DNA of 63,628 bases, filler included, from Olpidium bornovanus S191 (GCA_017911155.1; 32 parts of 32 records of this genome joined end to end with filler, not necessarily neighbours in it), one strand, 5' to 3'; shown: positions 1 through 12,460, numbered from the whole stretch's first letter. Translations and numbers: made by a program. Notes: generated by a model from the letters alone, not told the origin.

Positions 1-109
1 GGGGGGGGCGGGCGGCCGGGGGAGACTCTCGGGAGGAAAGCGTCTCTTTGCGGCGGAGGCCGGGGTGGGCGTTGCGCCGGCGAGTGCGAGATTAGAGTTC
101 CCTGCCCTT

Positions 110-235
<126 letters not shown>

Positions 236-608
236 CGCCACACGCACATACCACTGCGCCTGCGCCGTCCGTCCCTTCCTCCTCCTCTCGCCCGCCCGGC
301 CGGAAGCAAAAGGGGCCCCCGCCCGCCCGTCAGTCTTCAACCTTTCCAGGCCGAGGCCGGCCGGCGAGTGCTGAAGAGAGAGGCCGCGAAACGTAATACA
401 CACACAATCCATATACATAACCCCCGCCCGACCCCGCCGCGCGCGCACAGCCGTGGTCGCAGAGGGCGTCGGCAACCCTGCGCCCGCCTGGGAGAAGACC
501 GAGCGCCGGCGAAACGCCCCCCCACAGCCCAGCCCACAAACCCACGCGCGGAAGAGCGGCGTCGAGCACCCCCAATTCCCCCGCCCCCTCCCCCGCCGAC
601 GCCGGGTC

Positions 609-1715
609 ATGTCGCTCACTGAAGTCGAATACGCGCCACCCGCCGCCGCCGTCAAGCCCAATGCCGGGCCGGATGCCCGTCCGCTCAAGTCGGCCGGCAC
701 GGGCGCCGCCGAGACGTGGCGCATCAACTCGTACTTCGTCACCCTGGTCCACGTCGTTGGCCTCCTTACGCTGATCTTCCACAGGCCGCCCTGGCAGACC
801 CTGATCCTCACGTTCGCGACGTTCAACCTGGGCGCCGTGGGTGAGTTCACCACCCTCTTGTTCCCTTTGCTGGTTTGCCCACTCGGCCCTCTCTCGGCCT
901 AACCGTGCCCCAACCCCCCCCCCCCCCCCCCACCCACGCAGGCATCACCATGGGCTACCACCGCCTGTGGTCGCACCGAGCGTTCACCGCCTCGCTGCCG
1001 CTCCGCGTTTTCCTCGCCTTTGCCGGGACGCTCGCGTTCCAGGCGTCCATAAAGTGGTGGGTCCTCCGCCACAGGTTGCACCACCGGTGAGCGTGAAAGA
1101 ACCGCCTCGTTTTCGGTGTCAGAAGGCGCGTTCTGCGTGTCCAAGGACAAAAAAGCACCGTCAAGACGCGTTTTCCCTGACGCTTGCCGCCCGTTTTGGG
1201 GTGCTTCGCGAAAGATACACCGACACGGAGCACGATCCGTACGATTCCACGAGGGGCTTGTTTTTCAGCCACATCGGCTGGATCTTCCGTAGGCCGCACT
1301 ACCCGCGCATGAAGAGCATCGACATCTCCGACCTTGTCGCGGACCCAGGTGGATATTGCCGTTACCGTACCCACGCGCGAGCTTCCCCGGCCGCTTGATG
1401 TTTTCGGCCCGCTCACTAGTACGCACCCCCGCCGCTGCGCCAGTGGTCCGGTTCCAGCACAAGCACTACGTGCCGCTGGCCATGATCTGCGGTTTCGTGC
1501 TGCCGACCGTGGTGGCCTCGATGTGGGGCGACGCCCTGGGGGGGTACCTTTGGGGCGGCTTCATCGCGCGCTTGGCGATTTGGCATTGCACGTTCATGAT
1601 CAACTCTTTCGCTCACTGGAGCGGCGATCAGCCCTACGCGACCGGGGTGTCTGCCAGGGGAAGCCTGATCCTGGCATTTTTCACTTGGGGCGAAGGGTAC
1701 CACAACTTCCACCAC
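609..1715 (+). CDS. OLE1: Delta-9 fatty acyl-CoA desaturase, spliced (4 exons), 3'-truncated
   Basis: Three histidine boxes across exons: GYHRLWSH, HRLHHR-YTDTEHDPY, GEGYHNFHH; also GLFFSHIGW. Intron donors near 841, 1088 and 1349 restore the frame. Confidence 0.95.
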
Positions 1716-1815
1716 NNNNNNNNNNNNNNNNNNNNNNNNNNNNNNNNNNNNNNNNNNNNTTAATTAATTAANNNNNNNNNNNNNNNNNNNNNNNNNNNNN
1801 NNNNNNNNNNNNNNN
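1716..1815. other. Artificial contig-joining spacer (first of 31 identical spacers)
   Basis: 44 N + TTAATTAATTAA (stops in all six frames) + 44 N = 100 nt. Recurs starting at 3911, 5696, 9231, 10499, 12826, 15698, 17882, 20339, 21517, 23887, 25684, 27780, 28903, 30846, 32468, 35448, 37418, 38568, 39890, 41996, 43344, 46161, 49266, 50753, 52402, 53755, 55064, 56644, 59684, 62184 (positions approximate to +/-1). Confidence 0.99.
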
Positions 1816-2403
1816 CATGAGAAAGTCCAGCACTTCCGCCGGCGGCAAGCGTCGGTAGGCGAAAGCGTGAACTGTGTACGTATCTTGATTCTTGCATCGC
1901 TGTGGCCCTGGTCGTGGACGCAAGACTCCTCGTCTTGCCCAGAGCGCGGGTACGACGAATGGATTTGCGCATTACCAGGAAAGGTAATCGCTTCGCGCGG
2001 TGAGGGGCCTACGTCGCGGCGGGCACAATCCGCACGGAACCAACGGACCCCGTTTCCCCAACCAAAGCAGCTGCAGAGCTCGCCAAACCAAACCGCGAGC
2101 GCAATTGACACGTGGACACGGGGATTCCGCCGCGCGAAGGGTTTGCAGGGGGTATAATCAATTCGGCGGACGGCCATTCGACCGCGCGTTTGTCACTTTC
2201 AAGACAGCGACAGAAGTGAAAAGAAGTCTTAGCCAGCAACAAAAAAAGCACGCATAGACCGAAAAAAGAAAGCAGGAACAGCGTTTCCAAAATTTCCCCG
2301 CCGCAAATGGGACCGGCGTAGCCTATACAGGTGGGAATTTATGTTGACTGGTGGGCTCCTGTTGCGGCCAAACTTGGCCTGCGTGGGCGGGTTGGAGGTT
2401 AAG

Positions 2404-3640
2404 ATGGCATCGGCTGCTAGAGCGACCGGGGGCGAGACGTGGCCGCCGCCTGCCCAAGCAGCCGGGCCGCGCCGGGAGGCCACAGCAGCAGGCGCCGAGG
2501 AAGCGGCAGGCGGGGCCGGGCCGCCTCGCTGTGAGATCTCGCTGCGCGCGCGCGCGGGCGTTTTCCGGCGGGACGCGTTTGTTTCGGGCGGGCGGCTGCT
2601 GGAACGCGGGCTCGCCCTCTTCCCCGCGGGCGGTTTTTTTCCCCGGCAAAACAACCCAGCACCGCACGGCACGCACGCGGCGCCCGCGACGGTCCTTTTC
2701 GGCGCGCGCCCCGCACGGTCTCGCGGGGAACAGCCGCCGCCCGCGCCCCCCACCGCGGCGTGCCGCGCACACCACATATGCAGGCCAGACCGCGCGCTCG
2801 GCAACCCCGCTGGCGGACGCGCGCATGGCTGGAGAGCGCCCGCGGCGCAACGGGCTGTCGGAGGGCGTTGCGTTCGCGTCTGCCGGAAACGCCGCCGCCC
2901 GGTCGCACGATGCGGCCGATGCCCTGCCTTCTGCAGACGACGCGGCTGACGGCAGCCGTTGCCGACTGGACCAGGAGCAGCGACAACACCGGCGGCGTTC
3001 GTTACAGGCGTCGATCGATGTTGCCACCGACGCCCTCCTCAGCAGTTCTGTCCGGAGCCAGCAGTCCCACCAGCGTTGGGCCAAAGGGGATTCCCTGCCT
3101 CAGGTCCCGTACGGCCTGGAGCTAGAACGAGTTCGGACGGTGCTGTCCGTGCTTAGTCCGGATTCACCCGAGGTTATTGCCGCGCACAGCCAGTGCCGGC
3201 AGCCGGCTTCCGTTGCCGCGCTCTTCCGCCGGAACAAGAAACTTGGCGAGAGCTTGCATGTCGTACGTACGTTGTACGACCTGGAGAAGGACAAGGGGCG
3301 ACAGGGAGCCACAAGGACTCTGCTGTCTAGGCTGCGTGTTTACACAGGTATCAGCCGTCCACGCCTTGAGTGTGAAACGTTTTTTCCTTGTTGTTAATCT
3401 TGCGTTCGACGGCACCGGTTGATGTCACTCGCAGGATTCGACGTTTACAAGTCCCGCGTAGAGGCGGTCAGCGACTCACTTGACCTAAAACAAGCCGGCT
3501 ACATCGTGGACCTTTTCGTCACGGTGTCTATCTGCATCACGTACATGCTGGAAATGCAATTTTCAGAGCCTTTAAAACTTCACTATCCTTCGTTAGTCCT
3601 AACACCCGACTGGCTGTACATATACCGCGAGAACACGTTG
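2404..3640 (+). CDS. Hypothetical spliced protein, no family assigned
   Basis: Long ORF 2351-3397 with protein-like C-terminal half, followed by exon-like blocks (GFDVYKSRVEAVSDSLDLKQAGYIVDLF; FSEPLKLHYPSLVLTPDWLYIYRE). Boundaries uncertain. Confidence 0.4.
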
Positions 3641-3724
3641 TACCCACTCAATGTCTTCTTCAGCGCGTTTACCATTGCAATGCTGCTCATACGTAAGCAC
3701 GTTTTTACTGAATTGGCGTGATCC

Positions 3725-3835
3725 GCCTCAGCTTACGCTCCGTCTCACCGGTGGATTTGCCGCTCGCTTACGCCCCGACTAACCGGTGGATTGGCCGCTC
3801 GCTTACGCCCCGCCTAACCGGTGGATTTGCCGCTC
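3725..3835. repeat. 35-bp tandem repeat, about 3 copies
   Basis: Unit CGCTCGCTTACGCCCCG(A/C)CTAACCGGTGGATT(T/G)GC at about 3725, 3761 and 3796. Confidence 0.9.
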
Positions 3836-5213
3836 TGGTCTTCTTGTTCAGATTTCTTCATTGCGGAAGACGAGTGCGTGAAAAGTTTTATCTTGCTATC
3901 TGTAACCATGNNNNNNNNNNNNNNNNNNNNNNNNNNNNNNNNNNNNNNNNNNNNTTAATTAATTAANNNNNNNNNNNNNNNNNNNNNNNNNNNNNNNNNN
4001 NNNNNNNNNNACATGAGACGGCCCGCGCCACACGCCCCCGCTGCAGCCCATACTAGTTCATCGGCACCTTCCGCCGCCACCCCTCTTATCCGGCGACCGC
4101 GAAAACAACGAAACCTTCGGCGGCACTGCCGTGCATACTATGTCGTGGTCTCATTGTTCTGTCTTGCCATTCAAACTGCTTTACAGAAGACTGGCAGCCC
4201 ACCACTTTCCATTATGAAACCAGTCAATGCTGGGTTCACCAAAGATCTCGACGGTTATATGATGAGGCACACCTACAAAGCAAAAGCAGCTCACGACTGC
4301 TTCCGGGCTATCCTCCGGAACCTGTGTAAAGCGTACAAGGATTACAACTATTCTCACAGTCAATACAGGCTAAAACAGGCCACAGGATTCAGATTAAACT
4401 GCGCCGCTCCTCCATTAGATATGTAGGCTTTTTGAAATCTAGAGGTGAAAGCTGATATTTACTTACTACTAACAACACAGACAATTGCTGCGTCACTGCA
4501 TCAGGCACCTGGCATCCGGCCTCTAGCAATTGCGCAAACCGCTTCCCAAGCCCGAGAGCTGCGCTTGGTCTAGACGAGGATCCGGTGCAGGCGGGACTCT
4601 GCCCGGCGTAAATCGCGGGAACCGAATAGACGGCACGGAAAGATTTGAACACCGAGCGACCGGACGTTTCCTTTTTTTTGGTGATGGTGGGTCCGCGCGA
4701 ACACTCGCGGCAACCTGTCCCGCCTTCGCACCGTACATCTCTTCCTCTCGCCGGGGACTTATCGTCTGCAAGGGGTCAGATCAGATATAGACTGATGTGA
4801 ATCCGCAAAGACCTACACTGCGAGGATTTAAACGTTAAAATTAGGGTGCTGGCAAAACCGAAAGGTTGCGTTTATCACGTGAAATGAATTGACTGTCACG
4901 CTTGCGCAAGAGGCTAATTTTCCTTTTTGTGTATTTAGCCTCGGAAATGGAGGCGGGAGATGTTGTGGGGGGGTGCGGGAGGTGGGCGGCGGTAGAACGC
5001 GCGCGCCCAACGCGACAAAGAAAAAGAGCTCCTACAAAGGGAATTACACTCGCTACGATCGACCAAATAACAAAAAGAACTCCGCCTCCGATTCGGGATT
5101 GGAAAAGGTCCCGTTTAATCTTTGGCTCCAATCTCATCGCCCACTTTCCTCGCTCAACTGCCAAACAGAAAAAATTCCTTTTCCGCCGCGGAGCGTTTCG
5201 TCACCGACGCCAA

Positions 5214-5490
5214 ATGTCGAAGCCCAGTTCGCCCAGGTCCACGTCTGCTGACGGCCCTTTCCCGCTCGGAGCGCCGCTCGGGTGGCTGTCGGCACGGCGC
5301 GGAGGCGGCGGCGGCAGCGGCAGCGCGCGCGCAGGGTCCGCCGCGCGGCTCGTTCTGCTGGCGATGATCGCCCTGCTGCTGTCCGCAGGCGCCGCAAAAA
5401 AGAGCGACCGTTCCGCCCACCACTGGATCGACCACGATCGGGAGCACAGTAACTACGGCACGGACAAGAAGGACGTCAAAGAGTTGAGCT
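5214..5490 (+). CDS. Probable first exon of a secreted or membrane-anchored protein
   Basis: MSKPSS...RLVLLAMIALLLSAGAAKKSDRSAHHWIDHDREHSNY: hydrophobic signal-like stretch followed by a polar segment; no homology recognised. Confidence 0.35.
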
Positions 5491-5795
5491 TTTTCTGGAG
5501 TTTTTTTCTGGAAAAACGCGGCACGATTTCGTCCGCAGTTTTTCCTGCCGTTTTATTGTATGGCTCTCAAGGGGATGGATGGGTGACTCTGAGCGACTCA
5601 TCCCACGCGAAAAAAAAAAATCCCGGACTTGCGCGGAACCCGCTTTTCTAGGAAGATTAAACAGCAGGTTGTGAACGCCACCGGCGACACGCATGNNNNN
5701 NNNNNNNNNNNNNNNNNNNNNNNNNNNNNNNNNNNNNNNTTAATTAATTAANNNNNNNNNNNNNNNNNNNNNNNNNNNNNNNNNNNNNNNNNNNN

Positions 5796-6808
5796 CATGA
5801 TATCATTGTTGTCGATTGTTGCTGACAGTGCGTGTGGCTTCCTTAATTGCTTTCCGAGTTGGCAGGGTCCACATAGGTTGGGCGGTTGTTCTAAATCCGC
5901 GGCAATAAGTTTTCCTCCAGATTGTTTCTGCGGTAGACACATTCTACCACCCGCGGTGTTCCAGCCAAGTGTACCATATCTCAAAATCATTGGTGTTACC
6001 CGCGTTTGCAAGTTGAATATCGCGTATAGTCGTTTGTTGCCCCGTCATCCAACGCAGGGTGCCCGTCCAGATAGAATAGTCGGTCCCGATCGTTCCGCGT
6101 AGCTGTGGCGACGATCATTCTCCCTTGGTAGACGTATGCCTTTCCATTCGCTTTGCACGATACGTCCAGCCCATTGTACGTTGCTGCCAGAATTGAAAAC
6201 AGAGGTATCCTGAAAGTCGGCGTGGGCATTGCGTCTTTAAGGAAGATCGCGGCTCTCATCCGCCGACACGCTCTCCGACGAGTCAGGTTTTCATATCGGT
6301 CAAGACGGTGACCTTTCCTTTTGGAGGAACATCGAATTGACGATACTTTGCGAACGGGCGGACAGCCCAGACAGTTTTGACGCGTGCAAGGCAACAGAAA
6401 GCTTTGAATCCCGTGAGGTGCTTCGTGGCTTCATCCCCTTGGGGCTTTGGCGCATCATTCCTCTCGCCTCAGCTGGGGTTTCAAGGTCCCCGAACGGAGC
6501 TTCAGCTTCCTCCAAGGTTGCCTCCAACGGTGCATGTATGTAGGCGGGTACGGTAACGTCGTACTCCCTTTCGCTTCCATAATTGGTTCTTTTCTTTCGG
6601 AGATCTTTACTTTCGTGTGTTGAGAGTTCTTTTCTTTGACAGGAAAGTCTTCGGGTTGGGCTAATAACCTGTTGGATTTGGTTCGAAAACGGCTCCAGAG
6701 AACTTCTCCACTCCACCATTCTACCCGGCTTTATATAGAGGGGATCGCAGGGGTGAAACCCGGTGGGGTCCCACTGAACCCCTTTTGTTTCGGGCTGCGT
6801 TTCCAACG
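5796..6808 (-). mobile_element. Degenerate, internally deleted Ty1/copia retrotransposon (5' LTR end, PBS, gag remnant, pre-integrase and integrase Zn-finger remnant)
   Basis: Minus strand: (C)GTTGG...TATATAAAG...CCAACA (6808-6670), directly followed by PBS-like GGTTATTAGCCC (6669-6658). Downstream peptides FLKDAMPTPTFRIPLFSI...DRLFYLDG and CGPCQLGKQLRKPH resemble the copia pol region upstream of integrase; frameshifted. Confidence 0.8.
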
Positions 6809-7108
6809 CCCCTCCCTTCCCTATCCCCCAGGCTCGCTCTGTTTTCCCCGAGCCCTGTTTTCCCCCACACCGTTTCCCTCCCCGCGCGACGCGCGCTTTC
6901 TCTCACGCTGCTGCACGACTGAAGATTTGAAAGGAGAGCAGAGAAAAACAATGGCCTTGTGCTGGGTCAACGCGGCTCTCTGCCGTACGAGGTAGGGTAA
7001 TTCGGTCCAAGGAGGCACGATTCCCGACTCATACCGTAGATAAAATCACGCCCCCCTTTATAACGCGAATTATAAAAAGAGTGCCGTCCAAGACGTCGAA
7101 GGGAATTG

Positions 7109-7180
7109 CGACATATAGCTCAGCGGTAGAGCAGACGACTGCAGATCGTCAGGTCGTTGGTTCAATTCCGACTGTGTCCT
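7109..7180 (+). tRNA. tRNA-Cys(GCA), copy 1 (C1:C72 acceptor mismatch)
   Basis: Cloverleaf: GCTC/GAGC D stem, GACGA-CTGCAGA-TCGTC anticodon arm, GTTGG-TTCAATT-CCGAC T arm; T-run terminator immediately after. Confidence 0.9.
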
Positions 7181-7375
7181 TTTTATTATGCAGCATTTGT
7201 AATCTTTTGGCAAAACTTTTAATGCAAGCCAAATTACATTGCAGGTGTAATTTGGAACACCTAGGGCAGTGATAGAGCGGACGACCGCAGATTTTAACGG
7301 TCCGTGCCTGTTTATTCTTTCTTATTTCACAGAATAGTATAGGTAACCAAACTGCGATTTTCAAGTTGTAGTTCT

Positions 7376-7447
7376 GGACATATAGCTCAGCGGTAGAGCG
7401 GACGACTGCAGATCGTCAGGTCGTTGGTTCAATTCCGACTGTGTCCT
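7376..7447 (+). tRNA. tRNA-Cys(GCA), copy 2
   Basis: GGACATA/TGTGTCC acceptor stem, same arms as copy 1, U discriminator, T7 run about 15 nt downstream. Confidence 0.96.
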
Positions 7448-8097
7448 TCAAATCTTATGGCTTTTTTTCATTTTTCTTGCGAACCCGCATTTTGCCGAGA
7501 GTTTAGTCGTTCGACGAGAGTTTAGTCGTTCGACAGGTCTTTCTCTCTTTCTTCCCCCTTGCCTCCGCTTTTTCCACCCCCCCGCTGGTGTCGACGTTTC
7601 GCATGTCGTGGTACTCTGCGGGAATGCCGCCGCGCAAATGCGTTTTGGTGCAGTTGCAACCGACCGCGCGCGGGATTTTGACGGCCGGGCTGATTGCCCC
7701 TGGTCAAAGAAAAAAAAATATTTTTGAAGCCGGCCTCGTAACGGGCGCCGAGCCCTGCGAGGAGGGAAAGAAGGTAAGGTAGAAAGGAAGGTAGAAGGGA
7801 AGGATGGAGGGAGGATGGAAACAAAAGGACATTGCTGTTTGCGGAAGGGGTGAGAAATTTGACGTTAGAAGCAGTGCGCTCGCAGTAGGACAAAGCGCTG
7901 GCGGACGGTGGAGAACTCAAAAATTAAACCGCAATAAACCGAATGGTCCAGTTTCCTCTTCAATTTGTTTTCCATTCCTTTTTGTATGTCAGTGTGTGTA
8001 GTTCCTCTGTTTTCTATCTCCGCTTTTAAACACTTTCTCCGTTTTTGCTTTCATTTCGTTTTTTTCTTGTCGCATCAAACGCGGCCGAAATCCGAGC

Positions 8098-8277
8098 ATT
8101 GTGAAACGTGGGAACAGACGCTTCCGGGCGGCGGACGCAGGCAGAAACGGTTCGCTTCCTTTTTTGTTTTATTTTACTCTACTCCTTTTGGATTGTGAAC
8201 CGTGGGAACGGGCGCCTCCGGGCGGCGGACGCAGGCAGAAACGGTCCGCTTTCCTTTTTTGTTTTTTTATTTTACTC
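8098..8277. repeat. About 94-bp tandem duplication (2 copies)
   Basis: ATTGTGAA.CGTGGGAAC...CCGGGCGGCGGACGCAGGCAGAAACGGT.CGCTT...ATTTTACTCT at 8098 and 8192. Confidence 0.88.
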
Positions 8278-8519
8278 TTCTTTCCCGTTCCCATCGGTTC
8301 GCCGCTTTCATCCGACACTGCGGTTTCTGAGTTTTCCAAAATTTGGTTCGCCACCCCCGTTTATATTTCTTTCCCTGGTGTTGTCTAAACATTCTGCGTT
8401 TGTGTGGTGTAGCCGCTGATGCGTCGCCGCTTCCGGCCGCGACCTTTCCTGCTTCTCGGAAGAGCCAGGAGGACCCACGGCAAAAAACACTACTATGGCA
8501 GCTGGAGCACCGCCATTTG

Positions 8520-9230
8520 ACCCCTTCTCTTCGTGCACATGACGCCGGCAACTGCCTTCAGTGGGCGTTGAACATGAAGACCGTCCTGCTCGCCAAGGAC
8601 GCCGAACAGGCCATCCTCCTCAAGCAAATTCATTTCACTAGAGACATCGCCGTGGCTTAATCCCCTGTCCATCGCAGCAAGCGCCGTTCTCAGCCTGGCC
8701 TTACCACTGGCCCACGACTCGACGTCAATCGCTTGCACGTTCGTCTATGGCTTCGGGTTAACTGTCATGAGGAGATAGTGGCTGAGCTCCTCATCTGGCA
8801 ATCACAAGACTCGCGTTCCGAGCTCGAAACGCCGTTGGTGTGTTGTGATCCATATTCCGACAAAATATTTGTTACAACCGAGCCAGTCCAAAAACTATCT
8901 TTTGAATGTTCTCGCGCTTACGCCTGTCATCTGTTCTCTCCTGGTGAATCGCCGCTCGCTCCCAAGATCGTTGAGACGAAGAACCTGGACATAGAAACGG
9001 CAAGGAACAGCCGGAAGTGGGTAGCAAGAAACGACTTCAGCAGCGCCATATCGTGCTGAGCCCGGCCGGCCTGTCGACTGCGGCGCCGTGTCTATGGGCG
9101 CTGACTGCCGCGTCGCTGTGTTTTACGGGCGCCCGGAGTTTCGAGTCGAACTTCAGACCGGTACTGGCGTCCCACTGTTGGCGGTTGCTAAAGCGTGCTT
9201 CATACGGCGACTTCCAAGTAACAGGGCATG
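8520..9230 (+). mobile_element. Possible decayed copia gag/protease relic
   Basis: GNCLQWALNMKTVLLAKD resembles the copia gag N-terminus (NYxxWaxxMxxxLxak). WALTAASLCFTGARSFESNFRP resembles the decayed protease motif WxxDSGASxHmtgxRsxFxnF. Stops and frameshifts lie between them. Confidence 0.4.
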
Positions 9231-9589
9231 NNNNNNNNNNNNNNNNNNNNNNNNNNNNNNNNNNNNNNNNNNNNTTAATTAATTAANNNNNNNNNNNNNN
9301 NNNNNNNNNNNNNNNNNNNNNNNNNNNNNNCATGGCCCTGTTATAGGCCCCCAGTGACGCCCCCCTTAGCTTGGGAGCCAGGGTGGTGAGGACCTGCCAC
9401 TCGCCGATGAAGGCGCTCCTGTCGGAGACCCTGGTGGTGGTGTGGTTGAAGGTGCTACCCTACCGTGCACAAGAGGGCGGTGCAGAAACTCAGGGGAGAG
9501 ACCCCCAGCAGGTTAAAAATATATTGAACACCTCGCACAAATATCAGGGTACCCCGCGCAGAGTACATTTGGTATTCGGCCAGAAGACA

Positions 9590-9745
9590 TCAGGACATTT
9601 GTGCGGGGTGTTCTGATTTTTCTGCGGGGTGTTCGTGTTCTTGGTCGGCATCCTGCCATCTGTGCGGGGTGTCCTGATATTTGTGCGGGGTGCCTTCGGC
9701 GTTTGTGTGGGGTGCCTTTGGTGTCCGGTCGGCATCCTGTCATCC
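9590..9745. repeat. Degenerate TGTGCGGGGTG-core minisatellite
   Basis: About 5 copies of (TG)TG(C/T)GGGGTG at 20-40 nt spacing, plus two copies of GGTCGGCATCCTG.CATC. Confidence 0.75.
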
Positions 9746-10633
9746 GATGACCTCGCGGCACCTGATTGCCGGTCTCCCTACCGAGGGATAGACAAATTGT
9801 GTATGTGTAGAGTGTTCGGGTCTCGCAGACCGGCAATCGGATCGGCGTCGCGCGCGCGTGCGCTGGTGTTTTAATCCGACTTTGCCCGCGCCGCTATCTC
9901 TGCGTTACGCATCGTCTACTGTCATCCAGCTTCCGCGGTGGCACCTATCGCCGCTGAACATCGCGAGCGGTTTGGGTCCGGCACCAGGAGGGCTCTGCCA
10001 TCTCGCGGACGAGAATCCCGAATTTTCCGATCGCGTCGACGAGTACAGCCTGCGGCGTCTCGAGACCGCGAAATCGGCGCCGAGATGAGCAAAAGCAAAG
10101 CAAGGTTGGGTCGCCGGATAAACGGCGCTAACGCCGAGGACGAAACGCGAAAGGTCTCCGGACCGAAGACGGTCGCCACAGACGGGTCCAAAACACATCG
10201 ACTCGTCGAGACTCAGCGCGAGTTCATCCGTTTCCAGGTGGAGACCTGCAGACGCCTTTTCTTTTTCGACCTCGTGTCGAGGGTCGTGCGGATATCCCGA
10301 TGCAAACACGATCCGCCCGGCCGTCCGCGCCGTCACAATTCGCCTTCTGTTCGTCATCTACCGCACCACCACGTTCTCGCACCCCATTTTTGAGAACACC
10401 CGGTGTATAGGAGTAAACACCTCCTCCCTTAAATACAACAGCCAACGCCGTCACCACCACCCCTCCTCAAAGAAAAAACAACAAAAGGAAGAACCATGNN
10501 NNNNNNNNNNNNNNNNNNNNNNNNNNNNNNNNNNNNNNNNNNTTAATTAATTAANNNNNNNNNNNNNNNNNNNNNNNNNNNNNNNNNNNNNNNNNNNNCA
10601 TGCAGCATCCTATTAACCAAACCCTCCCACTCA

Positions 10634-12139
10634 CAGTCGAATAGCCCTGGCACGCAAGCTCATACAGCCTGGCCGCAAAAGTTTTGGGAAGCTTCGTCTC
10701 CTTGATTTCCAGGCGATCAACGATGTCTTTGACAGCCTCCTCTTGTTCGGCTAGTAAGCCCTTGGTTCCCGCGCCGGCGGCGCCGGTGCCCGTCAGCCTG
10801 CCAGTCGCGGACGCCCACCTCCCGGCCTTGGAGTCGGCAACGACCTTCTCAAGGAGCTTAGTGAGATTCTTAAATTTCCGGAAAAGAGCCTTGCACGTTT
10901 TGTGCTCCGGGTCATAATGTAGGCACTGTTTTACGTTTCGCATAGCGACGTCCGGGTTATCCAGCACGTAGTAGTTCAGCTCTGCCAGCGTAATAAGTGG
11001 GTCCGCCGCCGAGGGATCCAGGGCTGCAACACGGCTAGAGACGTGCACATCGTCAAGTCAAAAGCTAAACTGGCCGCTACGTTCTTGTCGCCCGATTAAA
11101 GGGTCGCAGACCCGAGCTACGGGACCCAGCACCTCTGTACTCACGTCAAATCGCCTATCGCCTCCTCTGTTTCACCACTCGCAAAGTTACACCGCGCCCT
11201 CCTCAATCGTAAAGAGATTTGAGCAGAGGCCCCCTCCGCCGCAATTGTGGCGTGCTTCACACACGCCCCGTAATCCTTCCGCTCCTCCGCCTTTTCGGCC
11301 TCTTCCGTACTTGATTGCGTCCGTTGGACAGCGGCAAGCTTACAGAACCAAAGCAGAAGGGCAGAGAGCGCAAGTGGTTAGGATCAGTGCGAAACAAGCA
11401 AGGACGTTAAAGACGCAGAAGCCACCATGCACTGGCGTGCGGGTGTACAGCCGCGCGCGGCGCTTAAGCTAGTCGGACCGTCCGGCAGGTGAAAATCTGC
11501 GCACCCACCAGTTCCTTGGCAGCTTCAATTCCGTCGCCGCCAAGCCTTAACACATCCTTTGCATCTTTCGCCACCTGGTCGAGATCACCCTGTCGAAGCA
11601 GGATTTTCGCCCGCTGCACGATGGCCTGGTTGAAGTCCGGCTTGAGCTCAATAACTCGGTCGAAGTCGCTTAGCGCGGCAGAGTGCCGGCCAAGCGACAG
11701 GTGCGTGGCGGCCTTCTTGAAGTGCGAGAGGTAGTTCAAGGGATCAATCGCTGCAACAAGGATTCCCGAAAAGAAACCGGGTCAGCAGTTCCGAGACTAT
11801 CGGACGACGACGAGACACACGGCACCCGTTCCTCTGCCTCTCTCGGAATGTCGCGGACGCGGCAGGGAGTTTTCCAGAAAGCTCACCGACAGCCTGCTCA
11901 AAGTTGCGCAGAGCAGCCTCAAAATCCCGCTTGGCCAGGTGGGCATTCCCTTCGTTAATGTGCTGCTGGGCCGTCTGCGAGTCCTCCGCACCCGACGCAA
12001 AGCCCGGCAGTGCTGCCAGCAGCGTCGCCGCCAGCAGCAGCAGCCGTAGCAGCGGCGCAGCCGAGGGCAACGGGGCTCGCGAGGGGCGAGCCGCGGCGGG
12101 CCTCGGGCGCCCTTTTGGAGCAGAGCTTCTCGTACCCAT
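10634..12139 (-). CDS. DNAJC3: ER DnaJ/TPR co-chaperone (DNAJC3/P58IPK, JEM1-like), spliced, 3'-truncated before the J domain
   Basis: Signal peptide (LLLLAATLLAALPGFASG), TPR repeats NYLSHFKKAATHLSLGRHSAALSDFDRVIELKPDF, and VKQCLHYDPEHKTCKALFRKFK, which is typical of P58IPK. Confidence 0.88.
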
Positions 12140-12460
12140 CGAAGCCGGCCTGGCCAGAGACGAACCCGTTCCCCCAACTTCCTGCGCCCCGTCCGCGCGC
12201 CGGTCGCACTGGCGTGTGCCTTTGACCCCTTCACGCACGCGCGCGCGTGCCTTCGAGTCTCTCCCCCTCAGTGTTTCCTTTCCAGGAGGAGAATTGGTTG
12301 AAAGTTGTGAGGTTCGAAGAACGGTAAAGAAAAAAACAGAAAAAAAAAATCAACTGACTCATTGCCCCGTTTTTTGTGTCTCCAATATTTCTGTTGTGAA
12401 CCAGAAGAGTGCGCTCTACAGTCACGTGATCAAAAATGCCAAAGACCGGGAGGGGAGCTC

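Noticed and set aside
1760-1771. TTAATTAATTAA recurring 31 times as a biological repeat or CRISPR-like array
   Set aside because: Always centred in exactly 44+44 N; it is a synthetic six-frame-stop linker.
2105-2158. Perfect bacterial -35 (TTGACA) and -10 (TATAAT) hexamers
   Set aside because: Spacing is 42 nt rather than about 17, in intron-containing eukaryotic DNA; chance.
4776-4822. Minus-strand GTGTAG...ATCAG-TCTATAT-CTGAT resembling U2 snRNA stem IIa
   Set aside because: Lacks the GUAGUA branch-pairing sequence, the U2 5' end and an Sm site; spacing is wrong.
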